From the NCBI GenBank assembly GCA_036265815.1, contig DATAOI010000064.1, forward strand, positions 91,831 through 155,830: a DNA stretch of 64,000 nucleotides, given 5' to 3'. The position numbers and the translations under genes were made by a program. Origin of the DNA: Gemmatimonadales bacterium. GTDB lineage: Bacteria > Gemmatimonadota > Gemmatimonadetes > Gemmatimonadales > GWC2-71-9. Below are positions 36,563 to 45,147 of the stretch, piece by piece (within the stretch, counting starts at the first letter, position 1; each line of letters starts with the position of its first letter). The notes under the pieces are model-generated. The model was not told the DNA's origin. It did no database searches and saw nothing but the letters and a program-made list of their open reading frames with translations.

Positions 36563-38266
36563 GTGCCCCTGCCCCGTCTGCCGAACGCCGTCGTGCGCGC
36601 TGCCGCCGCGATAGCGCTCCTCCCCCTCCTCGCCTGTGGCCACGCCGCGCCCGGCGCCGAGGTGCCCGCCCCTGCCGCCGCTACCGCCACCGAGATCACC
36701 CCCGCCGACCTCAAGACTCGGCTCTACATCTACGCCGACGACTCGATGGAAGGCCGGTTGAGCGGCACGGTGGGCGACGTGAAGGCGACGGACTACATCG
36801 CCGCCGAGGCCGAGCGACTGGGGCTCACGCCCGCGGGCGACAACGGGAGCTTCTTCCAGACGGTCCCGCTGGTGCGTCGGATGGTGACCTCCGACTCCCG
36901 GCTCTCGGTCGAAGGCGTCCCCCTCGCCATCTGGACCGACGTCCTCCCGCGGGACCAGGGAAAGGGGGCCCGAGCGCTCGACGGCGTCCAGACGGTCTTC
37001 GGCGGCACCGTGGGCGACAGCTCGGCGCCGATCATCTCGCCGGACGAGGCCGCCGGGAAGCTGGTGGTGATTTCCGCGGCGCCCCAGCCTGGTGGCGCGC
37101 CCACCGGCGCCGTCAACCGCGCGGCGGTCACCAGCCAGTTCGCCACCGCGGCGGGAATCGCGGTGACGACACTCGACGCGATCGCCGCCTCGGAGCGGGC
37201 GTCGTTGCGGGAGGCGGGCGCCCAGCTCGCCGTGTCGGACGCCAAGCCGACGCCCACCTTCTTCTACGTGACCTCCAAGGCCGCCAGCACGCTCCTGGGC
37301 GAGCCTGTCGCTGAGGCCAAGCCCGGCGATCCCGGGGCCACGGTGCACGGCAACCTCCACTTCGCCGACATGCCGGCCCCCGCGCCCGCTCGGAACGTCG
37401 TCGCGATTCTGCCGGGCACCGACCCCAAGCTGGGCAACGAGCTGGTGGCCATCGGCGCCCACAACGATCACATCGGCATCCAGCCCTTGGCTGAGGATCA
37501 CGACTCGCTCCGGGCCTGGAACACCGTGATGCGCCCCGAAGGCATCGGCAGCTCGCCGGGCACGCCCACGGTGGCCCAGACCACCCGGATCCGTGCCATG
37601 CTCGACAGCCTGCGCAAGCTCCGCCCGCCTCGCCCGGACTCCATCGCCAACGGCGCCGACGACGACGGCAGCGGCACGGTGACCGTGCTGGAGATCGCCG
37701 AGGCGATGGCCCAGGGCCCGGCCCACCCCAGGCGCTCGGTCCTCTTCGTCTGGCACACCGGCGAAGAGCTCGGCCTGCTCGGCTCCGACTGGTTCACCCG
37801 CCATCCTACGGTCACCCGCGACTCCATCGTGGCCCAGCTCAACATCGACATGGTCGGCCGGGGCGACGCGACTGACATCCAGGGCGGCGGCCCCGGCTAC
37901 CTCCAGCTCATCGGCAGCCGCCGGCTTTCCACCGAGCTGGGCGACATCGTGGAGCGGGTGAATCGGGAGGGGAAGCACGGCTTCCTATTCGACTACACCT
38001 ACGACGCCGACGGCGAGCCCCACAACTACTATTGCCGCAGCGACCACTACATGTACGCCCGATTCGGCATCCCGATCACCTTTTTTACGACGGGCGCGCA
38101 CATGGACTACCACGAGGTGACGGACGAGCCGCAGTACATCGACTACGCCAAGATGGCCCGGGTGGCGGGGCTCATCCAGGACGTGGCGCTGGCCGTGGCG
38201 GATCTCGACCACGCCGTGGTGGTGGACAAGCCGAAGCCGGATCCGAATGGGGGGTGTAGGCAGTAG
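36563..38266 (+). CDS. M28 family aminopeptidase with PA domain, lipoprotein
   Basis: It has a lipobox (LLPLLACG) and zinc-ligand contexts (AIGAHNDHIG, GADDDGSGTVTVLE, HTGEELGLLGS, CRSDHYMY). Confidence 0.85.
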   Translation: MPLPRLPNAVVRAAAAIALLPLLACGHAAPGAEVPAPAAATATEITPADLKTRLYIYADDSMEGRLSGTVGDVKATDYIAAEAERLGLTPAGDNGSFFQTVPLVRRMVTSDSRLSVEGVPLAIWTDVLPRDQGKGARALDGVQTVFGGTVGDSSAPIISPDEAAGKLVVISAAPQPGGAPTGAVNRAAVTSQFATAAGIAVTTLDAIAASERASLREAGAQLAVSDAKPTPTFFYVTSKAASTLLGEPVAEAKPGDPGATVHGNLHFADMPAPAPARNVVAILPGTDPKLGNELVAIGAHNDHIGIQPLAEDHDSLRAWNTVMRPEGIGSSPGTPTVAQTTRIRAMLDSLRKLRPPRPDSIANGADDDGSGTVTVLEIAEAMAQGPAHPRRSVLFVWHTGEELGLLGSDWFTRHPTVTRDSIVAQLNIDMVGRGDATDIQGGGPGYLQLIGSRRLSTELGDIVERVNREGKHGFLFDYTYDADGEPHNYYCRSDHYMYARFGIPITFFTTGAHMDYHEVTDEPQYIDYAKMARVAGLIQDVALAVADLDHAVVVDKPKPDPNGGCRQ

Positions 38267-38267
38267 C

Positions 38268-38293
38268 GGTGGGAAGGGTGGGAAGGCGGGACC
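38268..38293. repeat. short solo array GGTGGGAAGG x2 (variant of the G-rich arm)
   Basis: The sequence agcggtgggaagggtgggaaggcggg lies immediately after the M28 stop codon. Confidence 0.4.
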
Positions 38294-38410
38294 CTCTGTG
38301 ATGATGCGCACGGTGATCGTGGAGTGCCGGAGTTAGGTAGGGGGTTGTGTCTATTGCTGGCGGCCGACGATCGATCGTGTGATCACGAACCACCGACCAG
38401 GAGAGCCGTG

Positions 38411-38632
38411 ATGGCCTGCGTCCGCTGCGGCATCCCGCTTCCGCAATACACCGTCCTCTGCACCGGCTGTGGTACCAACCAGTACCAAGTCCGGGTCACC
38501 GCCCGTGTACTATTCTGGGCAGTGACCGCGGGATTCGGTCTGATCCTGGCGCTGGCCTCGCTGGATCCGCCGGGCCGCGCCGAGCCACCAGATTTGCCCT
38601 CGATCGCCCCTCTGCCGGTCGGTCACCCGTAG
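38411..38632 (+). CDS. small zinc-ribbon membrane protein
   Basis: The product MACVRCGIPLPQYTVLCTGCGTNQ has two CxxC pairs and one TM helix (VLFWAVTAGFGLILALASL). Confidence 0.45.
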   Translation: MACVRCGIPLPQYTVLCTGCGTNQYQVRVTARVLFWAVTAGFGLILALASLDPPGRAEPPDLPSIAPLPVGHP

Positions 38633-38640
38633 CCGCTACG

Positions 38641-38916
38641 TCACTCAGCGGCGTCGGTGCTCCGTGATGGCGGGTCCGGTCGGCTGTCCGGCCGGCCGCG
38701 AAACTCGAAGTGGTCCGGGTTCAGTACCCGATCCCAGAGGAACATGCCGGCCACCCGGTGCATGAGGCGCCATGCGATCACTTTCTCGGTGATCACGGAA
38801 GCGGCTTCCCAGACGCCAGGCGTGAGCCCGGGGTAGCTCTGGGCGAACTCCGGCCGAAGCCGCGCCTCGCGCCGCTCCGCCATCAGTCGGTCAGCCGGGT
38901 CAAAAGTCCCGTCCAC
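38641..38916 (-). CDS. hypothetical protein, tandem paralogue A
   Basis: It shares REARLR.E.A..YP.L.P..W and HFEFRG with the upstream ORF. The start is GTG 38916 or ATG 38883. Confidence 0.5.
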   Translation of the reverse strand: MDGTFDPADRLMAERREARLRPEFAQSYPGLTPGVWEAASVITEKVIAWRLMHRVAGMFLWDRVLNPDHFEFRGRPDSRPDPPSRSTDAAE

Positions 38917-39158
38917 AGCGTTCCACGCGGCTCCGTGCCGCGGAACTCGAAGTGCTCCTCGGGCAGCAAGCGTCCCTCCCCCAGCCAGGGTACTCCATTT
39001 CGCGCCCGCTCGCGCATCACGACCGGCACCAGGGCCGCCGCCCGCACCCAGCGCTCGGGCACGAGCTTCGGGTAGAGCGCTGCCGCCTCCAGGCGCAACC
39101 TGGCCTCGCGTACGGGTAGCCGCGACTCGTCATCGGGCGGTGGTTGGATTCGGCCCAT
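38883..39158 (-). CDS. hypothetical protein, tandem paralogue B
   Basis: I chose the ATG at 39158 (MGRIQPPPDDESRLPVREARLRLEAAALYPKLVPERW...EEHFEFRGTEP), giving 91 aa. Confidence 0.5.
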   Translation of the reverse strand: MGRIQPPPDDESRLPVREARLRLEAAALYPKLVPERWVRAAALVPVVMRERARNGVPWLGEGRLLPEEHFEFRGTEPRGTLWTGLLTRLTD

Positions 39159-39269
39159 ACTCAGGGGTAACCCTCTCACCGGAATCGAAGCTGTGACCCG
39201 GGTGACACTGCCCCCCCGGGGGCCGCGCGGCAGCGTGCGCCGGCCGACCAAATCCGATAGCTTGGGGAC

Positions 39270-39869
39270 ATGGCCGCCAGACAGCTTGCCCCGTTGGTAC
39301 TCCTTCTCGCCGGCTGCCACAGCGGACAGATCACGCCCGCGGGTGGACCCGCCCCCGATGCGCCGGCCGGCGGCAACGGCCCGGTCACCACGTCGCCTGG
39401 CCCCACCTCGGCCCCCGCTCCGACACCGCCGGTCGCTCCGGGCAGCCCCTCACCCGCCTCTGCCGGAATCCCTCCGGGCGACAGCCTCCCCATCCGGGAG
39501 ATCGGCCACTGGCAATACGCCCAGGTGGACGACCAGCCCCGGCGGCTGGTCATCCAGGATCCGGTCACCTGGACCCGTTTCTGGAACCAGCTCGGCGCCG
39601 ACGGCGCCCAGCCGGTGATCGACTTCAAACGCGAGCTGCTGGTGGCCGTGACCCAGGGCCGGCAGCCTCACGGGGGCGTCGAGGTGCAGGTCGAGCGGGC
39701 GGTCCGGTCGGGCGACGCGCTGACGATCGGAGTGCTCGAGCGGTCACCCGGGCCCGACTGCATGACCACCGAAGTGATCACTCACCCCACCCAGGTGGTG
39801 GCACTGCCCGCCGCCGGAGTGAAACGCTGGACCTTCGTGGAGCGCAAGGAGATCCGGAGCTGCGGGTGA
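39270..39869 (+). CDS. lipoprotein with PrcB_C-like C-terminal domain
   Basis: It has a lipobox (LLLAGCHS), a Pro/Ala-rich linker, and a C-terminal pattern (WTRFWNQL...VIDFKRELLVAVTQGRQPHGGVEVQV...) resembling the protease-complex subunit PrcB C-domain. Confidence 0.5.
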   Translation: MAARQLAPLVLLLAGCHSGQITPAGGPAPDAPAGGNGPVTTSPGPTSAPAPTPPVAPGSPSPASAGIPPGDSLPIREIGHWQYAQVDDQPRRLVIQDPVTWTRFWNQLGADGAQPVIDFKRELLVAVTQGRQPHGGVEVQVERAVRSGDALTIGVLERSPGPDCMTTEVITHPTQVVALPAAGVKRWTFVERKEIRSCG

Positions 39870-39995
39870 GGCAAGGGCGGTAAAGACGGTGAGGTCGGTA
39901 AGGGCAGTACGGGCGGCAAGGGAATCCCATGCCTGCACTTACGAACCTTACCGCCCTTCCCGTCCTTACCGCCCTTGCCGTCCGCCCTTCCGTCC
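39865..39995. repeat. palindrome built from variant GGTAAGG/GGCAAGG/GGGAAGG units
   Basis: The G-rich arm is 39865-39922 and the C-rich arm is 39946-39995 (ccttaccgcccttcccgtccttaccgcccttgccgtccgcccttccgtcc). Confidence 0.75.
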
Positions 39996-40115
39996 GACGC
40001 GTAAGATATTGCTACACATGGTCTTAATCCAGCCTTGACTTGCCTCAGTCGGCCCCTGTTATTCCGGCCAGGACCTGCACCGCTGGTCCGCTGAACCGCC
40101 AACCGAAAGCACGGA

Positions 40116-42287
40116 ATGTCGTCCCAGCCAACCCGCAGCAATCCCAGCCGCGCTCTGCCCGCGCTCGCCCATGCGCCCGGCGGACCACTGGAGCTCGAAC
40201 GGCCGAAACCCACACTGGTCCCGTCCGAGCCGGCGCTGCCGCCGGTGGCGCGCGCCGCGGCGCGGGTCGACACGGTGCACGGCGAGGTGCGGATCGACGA
40301 GTACTTCTGGCTCCGCAATCGCGAGGATCCCGAGGTCCTCGCCTACCTCGAGGCGGAGAACCGCTACACCGAAGCGATGATGCGGCACACCGAGCCGCTG
40401 CAGGAACGGCTCTTCCGGGAAATGCGTGGGCGGATCAAGGAGACCGACCTCTCGGTGCCGGAACGGCTCGACGGCTGGCTCTACTACTCTCGCACCATGG
40501 AAGGGGCGCAGTATCCCATGCTATGCCGCCGCCCGGCCGCGGAGGGGGACGCCACGGACGACGGCGCCGAAGAGGTGCTGCTGGACCAGAATCCGTTGGC
40601 GGAGGGGCACGCCTACTTCCGGTTGGGCACTCATGAGGTGAGTCCGGATCACACGCTGCTGGCCTATGCCGTCGACACCAGCGGCGCGGAGGCGTTCACC
40701 CTTTACGTCAAAGACCTGGCGACCGGCGAACTGCTGGCAGAGACCATCGGCAACGTGTCGCCCAGCGTCGCCTGGGCCAACGACAGCCGGACTCTGTTCT
40801 ACGTGGTGCTGGACGAGGCGCGCCGGCCCTGCCGACTCTACCGCCATCGACTGGGGGAGAACCCGGTCGAGGACGTGCTGGTCCACTTCGAGCCGGACGA
40901 GGCCTTCTTTCTCGACATCAGCCGGAGCGGCAGCCGGGAGTACCTGCTGCTCGACCTGGGCAGCCACTCTACCTCCGAGGTCCGCTATGCCAGCGCCGAC
41001 CGTCCGGAGGAGTCGTTCCGGGTGGTCGAGCCGCGCCGCGCCGGCATCGAGTACACCGTGACCCACCACGGCTCCCGCTTCCTGATCACCACGAACGACG
41101 ACGCTCCCAACTTCCGCCTCGTCTCCGCCCCGGTGGAGAACCCCGGCAAGGCGGCGTGGACCGAAGTCCTGCCACACCGGCCGGCGGTCAAGCTGGACTC
41201 GACCGATGCGTTCCGCGATCACTTGGTGGTGTACGAGCGGGAGGCGGGACTGCGCCAGATCCGCGTGCTGCCGCTCGCGGGCGGCGCGTATCTCATCCCC
41301 TTCCCCGAGCCGGTGTACACCATCCGGCAGCACGAGAACCCCGAGTTCGACACCAGTCTGCTCCGCTTCTCCTACACCTCGATGGTCACGCCCAACGCTG
41401 TGGTCGACTGGGACATGGCGGCGCGCACCTGGACCGTCCGGAAGCAGACCGAGGTGTTGGGGGGCTACGACCCGAGCCAGTACCGGACCGAGCGGCTCTT
41501 CGCCACGGCGCCGGACGGCGAGCGAGTGCCGGTGTCCCTGGTCTACCGGCTGCCGCTGGCGCCGGGCGAGCGGCGGCCGCTCCTGCTCAACGGCTACGGC
41601 GCCTACGGGGTGAGTTTCGACCCGGCGTTCTCCTCGAGCAGCCTGTCGCTGCTCGACCGGGGGTTCATCGTGGCAATCGCCCACGTGCGCGGGGGCGAGG
41701 AGATGGGGCGGGCCTGGTACGAGGGGGGGAAGCTGCTCAAGAAGCCCAACAGCTTCACCGACTTCATCGCCGCCGCCGAGCACCTGATTGCCGCCGGCTT
41801 CACTTCGGCCGACCGGCTGGTGGTCACCGGCGGGAGCGCGGGCGGTCTCCTGATGGGTGCCGTGGCCAACCTCCGGCCCGACCTGTTCCGCGCGGTGCTG
41901 GCCGAGGTGCCGTTCGTGGACGTGGTGAACACCATGCTGGACGCCACGCTGCCGCTCACGGTGATCGAGTACGACGAGTGGGGCAATCCCAACCACCCCG
42001 CGGCGTACGCCTGCATCCGCTCCTACTCGCCGTACGACAACGTGGAGTCCAAGGACTATCCCCACATGCTGGTGACGGCGGGCCTCAACGACCCGCGGGT
42101 GGCCTACTGGGAGCCCGCCAAATGGACGGCCCGCCTCCGGGCCCGCAAGACCGACGGCAACCGACTGCTGCTCAAGACCAACATGGGCGCGGGGCACGGC
42201 GGCGCGTCGGGACGGTGGGATTATTTGCGGGAGGTGGCGTTCAAGTACGCGTTTGTGCTGGATGTGGTGGGGATGGGGGCAGGGTGA
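40116..42287 (+). CDS. ptrB: oligopeptidase B / S9A prolyl oligopeptidase family serine protease
   Basis: It has an N-terminal beta-propeller pattern (DEYFWLRNREDPEVLAYLEAEN) and the catalytic Ser context GGSAGGLLMG. The C-terminal GAGHGG carries the His. The exact start is uncertain. Confidence 0.9.
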   Translation: MSSQPTRSNPSRALPALAHAPGGPLELERPKPTLVPSEPALPPVARAAARVDTVHGEVRIDEYFWLRNREDPEVLAYLEAENRYTEAMMRHTEPLQERLFREMRGRIKETDLSVPERLDGWLYYSRTMEGAQYPMLCRRPAAEGDATDDGAEEVLLDQNPLAEGHAYFRLGTHEVSPDHTLLAYAVDTSGAEAFTLYVKDLATGELLAETIGNVSPSVAWANDSRTLFYVVLDEARRPCRLYRHRLGENPVEDVLVHFEPDEAFFLDISRSGSREYLLLDLGSHSTSEVRYASADRPEESFRVVEPRRAGIEYTVTHHGSRFLITTNDDAPNFRLVSAPVENPGKAAWTEVLPHRPAVKLDSTDAFRDHLVVYEREAGLRQIRVLPLAGGAYLIPFPEPVYTIRQHENPEFDTSLLRFSYTSMVTPNAVVDWDMAARTWTVRKQTEVLGGYDPSQYRTERLFATAPDGERVPVSLVYRLPLAPGERRPLLLNGYGAYGVSFDPAFSSSSLSLLDRGFIVAIAHVRGGEEMGRAWYEGGKLLKKPNSFTDFIAAAEHLIAAGFTSADRLVVTGGSAGGLLMGAVANLRPDLFRAVLAEVPFVDVVNTMLDATLPLTVIEYDEWGNPNHPAAYACIRSYSPYDNVESKDYPHMLVTAGLNDPRVAYWEPAKWTARLRARKTDGNRLLLKTNMGAGHGGASGRWDYLREVAFKYAFVLDVVGMGAG

Positions 42288-42321
42288 GGCAAGGTGGGGC
42301 AAGGTGGGGCAGGGTGAAGGG
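42280..42321. repeat. solo G-rich decamer array
   Basis: The sequence is cagggtgaggcaaggtggggcaaggtggggcagggtgaaggg. The ptrB stop (TGA 42285-42287) lies in its first unit. I found no complementary arm downstream. Confidence 0.75.
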
Positions 42322-42403
42322 AACGCCGCTGTTCCGAGCACCGGGTGTCATTCCGAGGCCGTTTTGATGCGCTCAGGGTAGATGCCGCGAAGGAGGCGCG
42401 GCG

Positions 42404-43780
42404 TCACGGACGACCTGCAAACCTCCATGCATTTGGCGCCGCGCTTTCACTTCGAGAGGGCGCCTCTGGATCAGCCCCACCTCTCTCCTCCCCTCCGATC
42501 TCGACCTTCGTGATGTCCGGCCGAAAGAACAGCGCCACCGTCCAGTCGAGGACGATCCGCAGCCGCCGGTCCCACCGCGGCATCTGCAGCAGGTAGTACG
42601 TCCGCCGGAACCACCAGGCCGGGAAGCCCGTGAGCCTCACGCGCAGGACCTGGGCCACCGCCCGCGAGTGGCCCAGCGAGGCCATGATTCCGAGCCCCCC
42701 GAACACGAATGGCGTCGGGCTTCGCCCCTGGACGGCGGCGGCCACGTTTCGCGCCACCTGTCGAGCCTCCCGGACCGCGTGCTGCGCGAGCGCCGGATAG
42801 GGGCGGCCGTCCGGTCCTGGAATCGCGGCGCAATCGCCCAGTGCCCACACCTCGGGATGACTCCGGCTCCGCATGGTCCCGTCGACGTCGATCCGGCCCC
42901 GCCGGTCGTGCGCCACCGGGATGCGGGTGGCGGCCGCGGTCGGCACGGTCCCCGCCGCCAGGACTACGGTCTCCGTCTCGAGCGTCGCGTCCGCCAGGTG
43001 GATCCGCCCCGGCTCGATCGCGCGCACCGGCGTGGAGGCCCGGATGTCGGCACCCCGCCGCTGGAGCACCCGCATGGCCACGGCCGCCAGCTTCGGGTCG
43101 ACTTCCGGCAGGATGCGCTCGGTGGCCTCGAACAGGTGGAACCGCAGCTCCTCGCGCCGGAGCCGCGGATAGTAGCGCAGGACGTCCTCGGCGAACGCGG
43201 TGAGCTCGCCCAACAGCTCGACCCCCACCAGGCCTCCGCCGATCACGACGAAGGTGAGACACCGTCGCCGAAGCTCGGGGTCGGCGGCCGCATCAGCGCG
43301 CTCGAACTGCTCGATCACATGGTTCCGGAGCAGGAGCGCGTCCGCCATCGTCTTGAAGGTGAAGGCGCGCGGCGAGCCCGGGATCAACGTCTCGTTGGTC
43401 TCGGCGCCGAGCGCGACGACGAGCTGGTCGTAGGGGAGCTCGCGGGCGCCGTCGCCCGCCATGGCCCGGACTACCCGCCGCTCGACGTCCACCTGCTCGA
43501 TCATGGCCTCCAGGAAGCGCACCCGGCGCAGGGTGGGACGGACGGGCTGCGCGCAGTGCCGCAACTCCAGCCGCCCGGAGCACGCCTCGAACAGGAGGGG
43601 CGTGAGTACGAAGAAGTTGTCCCGGCTCACCAGGGTGATCTCGACTCCCGGCCGCCCTCGGAACAGCCGGTCCAGGTGGCGTGCGGCCGCCAGCCCGCCG
43701 AATCCGCTGCCCAGCACCACGATCCGGGTCGTCGCCCGGCCGTCACCATTCCCGCTGTTCGTTGCTTTACCTGCGCTCAT
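42404..43780 (-). CDS. ndh: type II NADH dehydrogenase-like FAD/NAD(P)-binding oxidoreductase
   Basis: It has two dinucleotide-binding motifs (IVVLGSGFGGLAAA and VVIGGGLVGVE). I chose the ATG at 43780, which has a GGAGGGA Shine-Dalgarno upstream. The track ORF up to 44041 is over-extended. Confidence 0.8.
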   Translation of the reverse strand: MSAGKATNSGNGDGRATTRIVVLGSGFGGLAAARHLDRLFRGRPGVEITLVSRDNFFVLTPLLFEACSGRLELRHCAQPVRPTLRRVRFLEAMIEQVDVERRVVRAMAGDGARELPYDQLVVALGAETNETLIPGSPRAFTFKTMADALLLRNHVIEQFERADAAADPELRRRCLTFVVIGGGLVGVELLGELTAFAEDVLRYYPRLRREELRFHLFEATERILPEVDPKLAAVAMRVLQRRGADIRASTPVRAIEPGRIHLADATLETETVVLAAGTVPTAAATRIPVAHDRRGRIDVDGTMRSRSHPEVWALGDCAAIPGPDGRPYPALAQHAVREARQVARNVAAAVQGRSPTPFVFGGLGIMASLGHSRAVAQVLRVRLTGFPAWWFRRTYYLLQMPRWDRRLRIVLDWTVALFFRPDITKVEIGGEERGGADPEAPSRSESAAPNAWRFAGRP

Positions 43781-44206
43781 ACATCCCTCCGCTGTCCCGG
43801 TCTCGCTCCCGGCCCGCGGGCCCGGCGGGACTCGCGTGCTGACGTCTCTCGCTAAAAATATCGCCCCGCGCCACGGCAGCGAAGCGGAGCGCCGGGCTGT
43901 CGACGTGGCGAGCTGATTGCCGCGGCTGTCATCCCGAGGAGCGCCGGCGACGAGGGAGCTACAGCCCCGGGAGGGGCTCGAGCGGCAGCAGCGCGCCGAT
44001 GAGCCAGAACGGGAGCGAAAGGGCCACCACCAGGAGGACAAATGCCAGCGGCCGCCTGCGCTCCTCTCCCGGCTCGTCGCTATCCGCCGCGTAGCTCGGC
44101 ATGGCGGTGAGACGCTGGGGGTCGGCGGGCGCGTCGACCAGCGCCGTCCGAGGTAGATTGGGATGAGGTCTCCACCAAGGCGATGCGCTTTCAGGAGGAA
44201 CCGAGG

Positions 44207-44479
44207 ATGGCCAGAAACGAGAAGCCTGCCGCGAAGGCGGCCAAGCGCGTGAAGAGCAAGGCGGCCAAACGCGTGCGGAAGACAGCCGAGCTGGTGCGCG
44301 CCAGAGGGAAAGTGCTGGCGAAACGGGTCTCCAAGAAGCTCACGGGGAAGGCGAAGAAGCGAACCAGGGCGAAGGTCGCCGCTGCCGCCGGCGCCGCCGC
44401 CGTAGCCGCCGTGGCCGGTGTGGCCGTCGCCCGGAAACGGAAGCGGAAGAAGGGGGGGTGGCTGAGGAAACTAGGGTAG
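44207..44479 (+). CDS. small Lys/Ala-rich basic protein with C-terminal hydrophobic segment
   Basis: The ATG at 44207 follows AGGAGGA. The product contains KAAKRVKSKAAKRVRK repeats, an AAAAGAAAVAAVAGVAVA segment and a KRKRKKGG tail. Confidence 0.45.
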   Translation: MARNEKPAAKAAKRVKSKAAKRVRKTAELVRARGKVLAKRVSKKLTGKAKKRTRAKVAAAAGAAAVAAVAGVAVARKRKRKKGGWLRKLG

Positions 44480-44486
44480 CAGAGAC

Positions 44487-44570
44487 AGGGTGAGGCAAGG
44501 TGAGGCAGGGTGAGGCAAGGGCTCCCTGCCCCACCCTGCCTCACCCTGCCCCACCTTGCCACCTTCACCT
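44487..44570. repeat. decamer-array palindrome (short loop)
   Basis: The G-arm is 44487-44521 and the C-arm is 44524-44570, giving an almost loop-less hairpin. Confidence 0.85.
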
Positions 44571-44581
44571 GAGCATGCCCC

Positions 44582-45091
44582 ATGATGACCCTTTCCCCGG
44601 GCACCCGCTTCCCCGAGCTCCAGGCACGGGCGGTCGACGGCAGCACGCTTCGGATTCCCGAGGAGCTGCAGGGGATCACCGCCGTGCTGCTCTTTTACCG
44701 CGGCCACTGGTGAAGCCACTGCCGTCAGCAGTTGGCTGACTTTCAGCAGCACTTTGCCGAGTTCAACGCGCTGGACGTTCAGATCGTGGCGCTCTCGGCG
44801 GACAGCGAGCAGGACGCCTGGGAGATGACCCAGCGGCTGGGGCTCTCGTTCACCGTGCTCCACAGCCTCGATCCAGAGGCGACCTCCCGCGCGATCGGCT
44901 GTTACGCCGGCACTCACGACGGCCGCCCACACATTCAACCCGCCGACTTCATCCTCGCGCCCGACGGGACCATCGTGCACGCGGTCTATTCGAGCGGCAA
45001 GGTGGGCAGGCTGACGGCGAATGACGCGCTCACGGTGGTGGGGGAGGGTGGGGCAAGGTGGGGCAAGGTGAGGCAGGGTGAGGCAGGGTGA
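44582..45091 (+). CDS. peroxiredoxin-like (AhpC/TSA, PRX_like2-type) protein with in-frame TGA at the active-site Cys position; candidate selenoprotein, or else a nonsense pseudogene
   Basis: The frame runs from ATG 44582 (MMTLSPGTRFPELQARAVDGSTLRIPEELQGITAVLLFYRGHW) through TGA 44711-44713. It continues in the same frame as SHCRQQLADFQQHFAEFNALDVQIVALSADSEQDAW...FILAPDGTIVHAVYS. The combined 169-aa length and the motif order match Prx-like W-C-P-x-C proteins. Confidence 0.55.
44719..44746 (+). promoter_or_regulatory. candidate bacterial SECIS-like hairpin
   Basis: The fold is CUG-cc-GUCAGC-AGUUG-GCUGAC-uuu-CAG. The 6-bp stem is 44724-44729/44735-44740, with a 3-bp extension. The apical loop contains GU and starts 19 nt after the U of the UGA. 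Confidence 0.4.
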
Positions 45092-45147
45092 AGGAACGCG
45101 CTCCTCGTCTCACCCTGCCGCACCTTGCCCCACCTTGCCCCACCTTC
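45044..45147. repeat. decamer-array palindrome (short loop)
   Basis: The G-arm is 45044-45094 and the C-arm is 45108-45147. It lies between convergent gene ends and contains both stop codons. Confidence 0.85.

Noticed and set aside
36395-37978. N-terminal roughly 530 codons of the 726-aa minus-strand ORF 35798..37978
   Set aside because: This part is antisense to the M28 peptidase gene and low in complexity. Only the last 198 codons (Yip1, from ATG 36394 with a Shine-Dalgarno) look real.
40521-42341. 606-aa minus-strand ORF
   Set aside because: It is antisense to oligopeptidase B and the translation is low in complexity.
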